A stretch of DNA of 16,502 nucleotides from a virus (Duplodnaviria; Heunggongvirae; Uroviricota; Caudoviricetes), in the IMG/VR virus record IMGVR_UViG_2648501669_000019; one strand, given 5' to 3'. Position 1 is the first letter of the stretch, and every line of letters starts with the position of its first letter. A program made the translations under genes and the position numbers. Shown in pieces: positions 9,161 through 16,502 of the stretch. Under the pieces are notes generated by a model that saw only the letters and a program-made list of their open reading frames with translations, was not told the DNA's origin and searched no databases.

Positions 9161-9522
9161 GGTAATATTAAATCGGAACATTTACATCGCGGAATGTAAA
9201 ATTTAAATAAAAAGGACTCTTCCATGAGCCAAAATTCCTGAAATCTTAAGGGTAAGATAAAAGGTCTTAATCAGAATGACACGTTTTATTAATAAATAAA
9301 GCCATTCTTTCATTGCTGTGTTTTTCTTTACAAAAGTAATCCTTGCTATGGGTGGTTAATCATGCGTTAATGGTGTTCTGGTTTGTTACAAATTTATCTG
9401 AAGCAGTCATTGTTATAATTTTATTATTTGTACCTCTTGAGATTTCCTTGTTGGTTTTTCTCTCTGATATTTTTTTTCGGACCATTCTGCCCAAGGGCTA
9501 ATTTCTTCAAAAGGTAATAATT

Positions 9523-9735
9523 ATGTCTAACAAAATGACTGGTTTAGTGAAATGGTTTAACCCTGAAAAAGGTTTTGGTTTCATCACGCCGAAAGATGGC
9601 AGCAAAGATGTGTTTGTCCATTTCTCAGCAATTCAGAGCAACGATTTCAAAACATTAACTGAGAATCAGGAAGTTGAATTTGGTATTGAGAACGGACCTA
9701 AAGGTCCTGCCGCTGTTCATGTAGTGGCGCTTTGA
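9523..9735 (+). CDS. cspI: Cold-shock protein CspI (70 aa)
   Basis: Translation [38 protein letters not shown]... ; upstream leader shares the motif catgcgttaatg with the cspB leader. Confidence 0.9.
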   Translation: MSNKMTGLVKWFNPEKGFGFITPKDGSKDVFVHFSAIQSNDFKTLTENQEVEFGIENGPKGPAAVHVVAL

Positions 9736-9763
9736 GGTAGACAATATTACAAACCATATTCAC

Positions 9764-9934
9764 TTTAGATGCCCGTGTTGTCATGGTTCCCAGTATAGAA
9801 CATCATCTTTTGATGTTTCTGACATGAATCCTTTCGGGGCAAAATGTATCTTTTGTAAATCAATGATGATTACATTTGATAATATTTCACAATACTTAAA
9901 TGCCAGCCGTCTGTCGTTGGATTTAAAAAAGTGA
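9764..9934 (+). pseudogene. Zinc-ribbon ORF remnant with no canonical start codon upstream of its first Cys pair
   Basis: Frame open from 9725 to the TGA at 9932-9934 encodes ...HFRCPCCHGSQYRTSSFDVSDMNPFGAKCIFCKSMMITF... ; the only in-frame ATG (9824) lies after the first CxCC pair and no GTG/TTG precedes it. Confidence 0.35.
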
Positions 9935-9940
9935 AAATGA

Positions 9941-9963
9941 AGGCTCCTTCGGGAGCTTTTTTG
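9941..9963 (+). terminator. Rho-independent terminator
   Basis: aggctcc-ttcg-ggagctt stem-loop followed by ttttgc. Confidence 0.5.
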
Positions 9964-10006
9964 CTTGGTGTCTATTCGATGGATACTCACATACTACGGT
10001 AACATC

Positions 10007-10237
10007 ATGAAAAAAATCATAGTTTTTTTTAACTCTGAACCAGCAGTGGTAGTGCCAGCGATGACTGGAGTTAACACCATCATGCGTGAATATCCAAATG
10101 GCGAAAAAACACACCTTACTGTAATGGCCGCAGGGTTTCCATCTCTGACCGGAGATCATAAAGTCATTTATGTAGCCGCGGATCGACATGTTACTTCAGA
10201 AGAAATTCTGGAAGCAGCAATAAGGCTCTTGAGTTGA
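10007..10237 (+). CDS. Hypothetical small protein (76 aa from ATG 10007)
   Basis: ORF MKKIIVFFNSEPAVVVPAMTGVNTIM... between cspI and gnsB; weak ribosome-binding site; identity not recognised. Confidence 0.35.
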   Translation: MKKIIVFFNSEPAVVVPAMTGVNTIMREYPNGEKTHLTVMAAGFPSLTGDHKVIYVAADRHVTSEEILEAAIRLLS

Positions 10238-10408
10238 TTTGATGCTATTGCATTGATAATTCAGGAAAATTCTCTTTGTCTGTTTGTGTAAAATTTAGAC
10301 TATCGTATGTTGATTATTGCGATGTTTCATCTTATCTTTTACACGTTTGCACCATATAATCGACTTACTGTGTAACTGGAAAGTCATAACAGACTAAAAG
10401 AGGAAATG

Positions 10409-10582
10409 ATGAATATTGAAAACTTAAAAACAAAAGCAGAAGCAGATATTTCTGAATATATAACAAAAAAAATTATTGAACTTAAGAAAAAGACCGGGAA
10501 AGAAGTTACCAGTATTCAGTTTACCGCACGGGAAAAAATGACGGGTCTTGAAAGCTATGATGTCAAGATTAATTTAATCTGA
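10409..10582 (+). CDS. gnsB: GnsB (Gns family small protein, 57 aa)
   Basis: Translation MNIENLKTKAEADISEYITKKIIELKKKTGKEVTSIQFTAREKMTGLESYDVKINLI; AGGAAA Shine-Dalgarno upstream. Below the ORF-track cutoff. Confidence 0.85.
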   Translation: MNIENLKTKAEADISEYITKKIIELKKKTGKEVTSIQFTAREKMTGLESYDVKINLI

Positions 10583-10609
10583 TGTATTCAATAATAAAAT
10601 TTATCCATA

Positions 10610-10634
10610 AACCTCGTTTTTACGGGGTTTTGTT
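10610..10634 (+). terminator. Rho-independent terminator after gnsB
   Basis: aacctcg-ttttta-cggggtt stem (one G-U pair) followed by tttgtt. Confidence 0.5.
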
Positions 10635-10733
10635 ATATTTGAATGGTTCCGAATATCTAAATCACAATTGTTGATGGTTTTTATTAAACCAATGCAGTCC
10701 GGCTCAGGAGTGAGAGAAGCCGGACGTTATGGT

Positions 10734-11144
10734 TTAGCGTGGTAAGATCTGTGTAGTTTTCTGGATGCTTTCAGTAAATAGTAATGAATTATCAAAGGTA
10801 TAGTAATATCTTTTTTGTTCGTGGATATTTGTAACCCACCGAAAAACTCCTGCTTTAGCAAGGTTTCTTCTGTATTCCTGAAATGTGATCTCTCTGGATT
10901 TCAGCTTATTAGAGGTCGTTTCTATAAGATGCCTATCCTTTGAAAATTTGACAGACACAATGTTTTTTAGGCCCTTTAATAACACTGTATTATCATTTTT
11001 TAATACAATATGAACATTCTCTGTGGCTAAATAATAAATGTAATGTGAGACATTGTGACGTTTTAGCTCAGAATAAAACCATTGATAGTTTAAATCGTTT
11101 CGAACTTTATCAAATATTTGTTTAAAAATGACTACCTGATCCAT
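10734..11144 (-). CDS. ydfO: YdfO (DUF1398), 136 aa from the ATG at 11144 (ORF track start 11159)
   Basis: GGAAGG Shine-Dalgarno precedes the [13 protein letters not shown] start; lies 57 nt downstream of ynfO on the same strand. Confidence 0.8.
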
Positions 11145-11201
11145 AGATAAACCTTCCATGTGATATGAGGGGGCGTAGTCTGCACGATTATCTAAATTGC
11201 T

Positions 11202-11435
11202 TCAATCTGGTCTGACCTGTTTTCTGAGCAATTCAGTAATGTCACTCTTTTCTTTGTTTGCTTCAGAAGAAACTCTTTTTTCTGAGCACAGTCTCCGGCG
11301 GCAGGCTTCAATGACCCAGGCTGAGAAATTCCCGGACCCTTTTTGCTCAAGAGCGATGTTAATTTGTTCAATCATTTGGTTAGGAAAGCGGATGTTGCGG
11401 GTTGTTGTTCTGCGGGTTCTGTTCTTCGTTGACAT
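11202..11435 (-). CDS. ynfO: YnfO, small basic protein with a ribbon-helix-helix-like N-terminal region (77 aa)
   Basis: Translation MSTKNRTRRTTTRNIRFPNQMIEQINIALEQKGSGNFSAWVIEACRRRL... ; Arg-rich N-terminus and a beta-strand/helix pattern reminiscent of CopG/Arc-type DNA binders. Confidence 0.65.
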   Translation of the reverse strand: MSTKNRTRRTTTRNIRFPNQMIEQINIALEQKGSGNFSAWVIEACRRRLCSEKRVSSEANKEKSDITELLRKQVRPD

Positions 11436-11559
11436 GAGGTTGCCCCGTATTCAGTATCGCTGATTTGTATTGTCTGAAGTTGTTTTTACGTTAAGTTGAT
11501 GCAGATCAATTAATACGATACCTGCGTCATAATTGATTATTTGACGTGGTTTGATGGCC

Positions 11560-11820
11560 TCCACGCACGTTGTGATATGTAGATGATAATCATTATCACT
11601 TTACGGGTCCTTTCCGGTGATCCGACAGGTTACGGGGCGGCGACCTCGCGGGTTTTCGCTATTTATGAAAATTTTCCGGTTTAAGGTGTTTCCGTTCTTC
11701 TTCGTCGTAACTTAATGTTTTTATTTAAAATACCCCCTGAAAAGAAAGGAAACGACAGGTGCTGAAAGCGGGCTTTTTGGCCTTTGTCGTTTCCTTTCTC
11801 TGTTTTTGTCCGTGGAATGA
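11560..11820 (+). other. Lambda-type cos site: cosQ-like region, cosN (11635-11646, GGGCGGCGACCT) and cosB upstream of the Nu1 homolog
   Basis: Near-identical to the phage lambda genome ends as I remember them (...GATCCGACAGGTTACG | GGGCGGCGACCTCGCGGGTTTTCGCTATTTATGAAAATTTTCCGG...), continuing into the Nu1 start. Confidence 0.8.
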
Positions 11821-11823
11821 ACA

Positions 11824-12081
11824 ATGGAAGTCAACAAAAAGCAGCTGGCTGACATTTTCGGTGCGAGTATCCGTACCATTCAGAACTGGCAGGAACAGGG
11901 AATGCCCGTTCTGCGAGGCGGTGGCAAGGGTAATGAGGTGCTTTATGATTCTGCCGCCGTCATAAAATGGTATGCCGAAAGGGATGCTGAAATTGAGAAC
12001 GAAAAGCTGCGCCGGGAAGTTGAAGAACTGCGGCAGGCCAGCGAGACAGATCTCCAGCCACCCGCGCTACGGCATGGGTAA
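11824..12081 (+). pseudogene. nohQ: Truncated terminase small-subunit (Nu1) homolog: the N-terminal ~80 residues only
   Basis: MEVNKKQLADIFGASIRTIQNWQEQGMPVLRGGGKGNEVLYDSAAVIKWYAERDAEIENEKLRREVEELRQASE matches the lambda Nu1 N-terminus; homology stops near 12063 and the frame ends after a few unrelated codons. Confidence 0.8.
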
Positions 12082-13339
12082 ACGTCTTGGTGCGGCAGAT
12101 GTGGATAAATGGGCGCTGTATGTCATCGGCCAGTGTTGCGACCAGTCGGTGCCGGACGGTTTTGGCGGCACGGAGCCGCGCATCACCTGTAATGCCTGGC
12201 TGACCACACAGCGTAAGGCGTGGGATGTTCTCAGTGATTTCTGCTCGGCGATGCGCTGTATGCCGGTATGGAACGGGCAGACGCTGACGTTCGTGCAGGA
12301 CCGACCATCAGATAAGGTGTGGACCTATAACCGCAGTAATGTGGTGATGCCGGATGATGGCGCGCCGTTCCGCTACAGCTTCAGCGCCCTGAAGGACCGC
12401 CATAATGCCGTTGAGGTGAACTGGATTGACCCGGATAACGGCTGGGAGACGGCGACAGAGCTTGTGGAGGACACGCAGGCCATTGCCCGTTACGGTCGTA
12501 ACGTCACGAAGATGGATGCCTTTGGCTGTACCAGGCGGGGGCAGGCGCACCGAGCCGGGCTGTGGCTGATTAAAACGGAACTGCTGGAAACGCAGACCGT
12601 GGACTTCAGCGTGGGTGCCGAAGGGCTTCGCCATGTACCAGGTGATGTCATTGAAATCTGTGATGATGACTATGCGGGGATCAGCATCGGCGGGCGCGTG
12701 CTGGCGGTGAACAGCCAGACGCGGACACTGACGCTCGACCGTGAAATCACGCTGCCATCCTCCGGCACCACGCTGATAAGCCTGGTTGACGGGCAGGGTA
12801 ATCCGGTGAGCGTGGAGGTCCAGTCCGTCACCGACGGCGTGAAGGTGAAAGTGAGCCGGGTTCCTGACGGCGTTGCCGAGTACAGCGTGTGGGGGCTGAA
12901 GCTGCCGACGCTGCGTCAGCGCCTGTTCCGCTGTGTGAGTATCCGTGAGAACGATGACGGTACGTATGCCATCACTGCCGTGCAGCATGTACCGGAGAAA
13001 GAAGCCATCGTGGATAACGGGGCGCACTTTGACGGTGACCAGAGCGGCACGGTGAATGGTGTCACGCCGCCAGCAGTTCAGCACCTGACCGCAGAAGTCA
13101 CCGCAGACAGCGGGGAATACCAGGTGCTGGCGCGCTGGGACACGCCGAAGGTGGTGAAGGGGGTGAGCTTTATGCTTCGCCTGACCGTGGCAGCGGACGA
13201 CGGCAGTGAGCGGTTGGTCAGCACGGCCCGGACGACGGAAACCACATATCGCTTCACGCAGCTGGCGCTGGGAAATTACAGGCTGACAGTCCGGGCGGTA
13301 AATGCATGGGGACAGCCGGTGCACATACCCATTCGATGA
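12064..13339 (+). pseudogene. Internal fragment of a lambda J-like tail-tip protein (about 420 aa), fused out of frame to the Nu1 remnant
   Basis: The 455-aa ORF (11972-13339) matches the central part of lambda gpJ as I remember it (...DRPSDKVWTYNRSNVVMPDDGAPFRYSF...RAVNAWGQ). Its first ~30 codons are the Nu1 region read in another frame; it has neither the J N- nor C-terminus. Confidence 0.75.
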
Positions 13340-13614
13340 CATTTGTTTCAGGTGGTTCCAGTGGTGCTCCGGGAAGTGGATCACCTGATTATTCTAAATA
13401 CAGTGTTAACACTTCTTCTGCAGGCGCTCATACGCACTCTGTATCGGGTACTGCTGCAAGCGCAGGTGCACACGCATATACTGTCGGTATTGGTGCTCAT
13501 ACGCACTCCGTTGCGATTGGTTCACATGGACATACCATCACCGTTAACGCTGCTGGTAACGCGGAAAACACCGTCAAAAACATCGCATTTAACTATATTG
13601 TGAGGCTTGCGTAA
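13306..13614 (+). pseudogene. stfQ: C-terminal fragment of a side tail fibre (Stf) protein, joined out of frame to the J fragment
   Basis: Repeated GAHTHS / GAHAYT / GSHGHT motifs and the C-terminal ...[22 protein letters not shown] typical of lambda Stf; no N-terminal part; stop overlaps the tfaQ start. Symbol assigned by position and is uncertain. Confidence 0.65.
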
Positions 13615-14189
13615 TGGCATTCAGAATGAGTGAACAACCACGGACCATAAAAATTTATAATCTGCTGGCCGGAACTAATGAATTTATTGGTGAAGGTGAC
13701 GCATATATTCCGCCTCATACAGGTCTGCCAGCAAACAGTACCGATATTGCACCGCCAGATATTCCGGCAGGCTTCGTGGCTGTTTTCAACAGTGATGAGG
13801 CATCGTGGCATCTCGTTGAAGATCATCGGGGTAAAACGGTTTATGACGTGGCTTCCGGCGACGCGTTATTTATTTCTGAACTCGGTCCGTTACCGGAAAA
13901 TGTTACCTGGTTATCGCCGGGAGGGGAATATCAGAAGTGGAACGGCACAGCCTGGGTGAAGGATACGGAAGCAGAAAAACTGTTCCGGATCCGGGAGGCG
14001 GAAGAAACAAAAAACAGCCTGATGCAGATAGCCAGTGAGCATATAGCGCCGCTTCAGGATGCTGTGGATCTGGAGATCGCAACGGAGGAAGAAACCTTGT
14101 TGCTGGAAGCCTGGAAAAAGTATCGGGTGTTGCTGAACCGTGTTGATACATCAACTGCACCGGATATTGAATGGCCAGCACTGCCGTAG
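13614..14189 (+). CDS. tfaQ: Tail fibre assembly protein (191 aa)
   Basis: Translation [39 protein letters not shown]... ; start overlaps the stf fragment stop (TAATG). Confidence 0.85.
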   Translation: MAFRMSEQPRTIKIYNLLAGTNEFIGEGDAYIPPHTGLPANSTDIAPPDIPAGFVAVFNSDEASWHLVEDHRGKTVYDVASGDALFISELGPLPENVTWLSPGGEYQKWNGTAWVKDTEAEKLFRIREAEETKNSLMQIASEHIAPLQDAVDLEIATEEETLLLEAWKKYRVLLNRVDTSTAPDIEWPALP

Positions 14190-14286
14190 GGTAAAACATA
14201 TAAATTCTATAATTAGATGTATCTCTCCATTTACGGCAAGGAAGGGGGCTTGGAAGACGTAAAGCATCTCACACCGAGATTATTTT

Positions 14287-14877
14287 TTATATGTCAGGTG
14301 TCTGAAGTTTTGCTTTGGCTCTTAAAATGGTTTGCCGCGAGGTTTTGAATTCCCGGGCAATGGCACTTATACTTACACCTGACTTAATTCGTTCGAATAC
14401 CACCTGTTTCTGTTCTTCATTTAACACAGGTGGTCGACCAAAACGTTTCCCTGCGCCGCGGGCTCTTACTATCCCGGAATGAGTGCGTTCAAGTAAAAGG
14501 TCTCGTTCAAATTCAGCGACTGCTGAAATTACGTGCATCATCATTTTTCCTGTTGGACTGGTCAGGTCAATGCCCCCCAATGCTAAGCAATGCACTCTGA
14601 TACCTGTTTCGGTCAGTTGTTCCACTGTTTTCCTGATATCCATTGCATTACAACCAAGGCGATCCAGTTTTGTCACAATCAATTGATCACCACATTTCAG
14701 GCGAGCAAGCAACCGGTTAAAACCAGGACGCTCACTGGTTGCTGCTGAGCCGCTAATGTGTTCTTCGATTATTTGCTGAGGTTTGATTTTAAAACCTGCA
14801 CTTTCGATTTCCCGGCGTTGATTTTCGGTGGTCTGATCCAGCGTTGATATCCGACAGTAAGCAAAAATTCGAGACAT
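14287..14877 (-). CDS. pinQ: Serine recombinase / DNA invertase of the Gin-Cin-Pin-Hin family (196 aa)
   Basis: N-terminal catalytic motif YCRISTLDQ and C-terminal helix-turn-helix; convergent with tfaQ. Confidence 0.9.
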   Translation of the reverse strand: MSRIFAYCRISTLDQTTENQRREIESAGFKIKPQQIIEEHISGSAATSERPGFNRLLARLKCGDQLIVTKLDRLGCNAMDIRKTVEQLTETGIRVHCLALGGIDLTSPTGKMMMHVISAVAEFERDLLLERTHSGIVRARGAGKRFGRPPVLNEEQKQVVFERIKSGVSISAIAREFKTSRQTILRAKAKLQTPDI

Positions 14878-15193
14878 AGTGAGACTCTATACGAAATTGG
14901 TGTTCATATCATAATGCATCTCAGAAAATAATTTTGATTATTTTTGTGCATATTTGTATGTACACGTTCGAAAATAAACGAATGCGTATGCAACCCCGTA
15001 ACTTTGGTGAGACCCAAAATCGATTTTGTGAAAAATGGCTTTAACTCGGTTTGTTTTTCGAGTTCCGGGCGGACTCAAGGAAGAAGAATAGTGTTGCGTG
15101 TTATTTTAACCAGATTTCAAGTTGTTTGGTCGTGGAAAAGTGGAGCAAAATGTTGTTAAAGTGGAAAAATGATAAAAAAGTAAGTTTATTATA

Positions 15194-15427
15194 TTACATT
15201 TTACCATTTAAATTTTGGTTGTCTTTAAGAACTGATATCGCTGTTTGTAATAATTCTTTGTTATCCAGCCATGATTTTTTCTTTATGTTTCCTTCAATGT
15301 AATCAAGCAATGTTCTGGTATTGATAGGTCTTCCCTGTTTTGCTACTTCCACTACAGCATCCCCTAGGATAATTCTGACTTCAGGAAGCTGCGCAGGGAA
15401 CCACTTTAGGGTGTCTTTTGATTTCAT
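15194..15427 (-). CDS. ydfK: YdfK-type small cold-shock-induced protein (77 aa from ATG 15427; ORF track start 15460)
   Basis: AAGGAA Shine-Dalgarno precedes the MKSKDTLKWFPAQLPEVRIILGD start; position next to pinQ. Confidence 0.7.
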   Translation of the reverse strand: MKSKDTLKWFPAQLPEVRIILGDAVVEVAKQGRPINTRTLLDYIEGNIKKKSWLDNKELLQTAISVLKDNQNLNGKM

Positions 15428-16167
15428 GAATATATTCCTTAAAATATTATTGATTTTCATTGCGATATTGTATGTCTGATTCAGGATATGTTGACTTATA
15501 CATCGGTTTTGTCTGGGTTATTGGATATGCCAATCCCTAATTTTATTAGAGCATGACTAAAAATGCTGAATATGATAAGGAGCGAAGTGATTATCAGTAT
15601 GCTGTTCATATAGCCTCGAATTAGTAATGTGTTATATATGATATAGTTGACAATTTTTATCCTGGGTGTTCTTAAAGTTCGTAGATAAACATTGTCGTTT
15701 CAGGTATACAGGAATGCTAACAGATGGCGGCAAAAATCAGGCGGTTTATGGCGCAAGCTGAAGTGGCAACTGCAAACTATCTTATGCAGAGACTCTACAC
15801 GGATTGGGTTTAAAAGTATACATAGATAACAGTTTTTATCTGAAGAAGAAAAATATCAAGGTGATATAGCCTATATGCCTTTGATGTGGAGGAATGAATG
15901 TGATGGGAGTGATGTATCTGAATAGTTGAAAAACCGCAGACACGCCTTATGCAAGAACGTGCTGCGGTTGGCTGGTAAATTTTTCGATAGTGCGAGTATT
16001 GAATGATTTCCAGCCGTTATTGATTTTACGCGTAACTCCATGAAAAAACTACTTATCTGTTGAGGAGTTTTTTTGGGGCATATATGGGACAGAAATGGGC
16101 CCCAGATAGACACTGAGATCGAACTTAGGATGCTTTTTAAAAAATGCAACTATCTGAAAAAACCTAG

Positions 16168-16502
<335 letters not shown>

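Noticed and set aside
12308-13384. 358-aa ORF on the minus strand
   Set aside because: It lies entirely antisense to the J-like fragment, whose plus-strand translation has clear tail-protein similarity. Its translation is Arg/His/Pro-rich and low in complexity, as expected from an open antisense frame in GC-rich coding DNA.
14190-14286. Possible invertase crossover (pix/gix-like) site between tfaQ and pinQ
   Set aside because: No 26-bp site with the conserved AAACC...GGTTT core and dyad symmetry could be found by eye; only loose resemblances (ccgagatt), so none is reported.
15871-16149. 92-aa minus-strand ORF next to the IS5 end
   Set aside because: No ribosome-binding site, low-complexity Ser/Leu/Phe-rich translation and no recognisable domain; kept only as part of the uncharacterised region.

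Overview
This window reads as the late, lysis and packaging-proximal part of a Qin-like cryptic lambdoid prophage of Escherichia coli, with IS-derived sequence at both ends. Identifications rest on reading the supplied translations and DNA motifs against remembered protein and phage sequences; no database search was run. Left to right: a DDE transposase gene lacking a DNA-binding N-terminus (21-1016); flxA with a sigma-28 promoter; the relB-relE-hokD toxin-antitoxin operon with its operator; rem, a 92-aa ORF, ydfU (HNH-type C-terminus) and the Q antiterminator quuQ, followed by a late-promoter-like element and short terminator; cold-shock paralogs cspF/cspB; a pinholin / ydfR / SAR-endolysin / Rz-Rz1 lysis cassette; cspI; gnsB; the ynfO-ydfO pair; a lambda-type cos site; a truncated Nu1 (nohQ) fused out of frame to an internal J fragment, itself fused out of frame to a side-tail-fibre C-terminus; tfaQ; pinQ invertase; ydfK; and an IS5 end (16168 onward). 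I found no CRISPR array, tRNA or rRNA. Nothing here is clearly a novel system; the most open questions are the ynfO-ydfO pair, the two small zinc-ribbon ORFs beside the csp genes, the 92-aa ORF/ydfU pair and the uncharacterised 700 bp next to the IS5 end.
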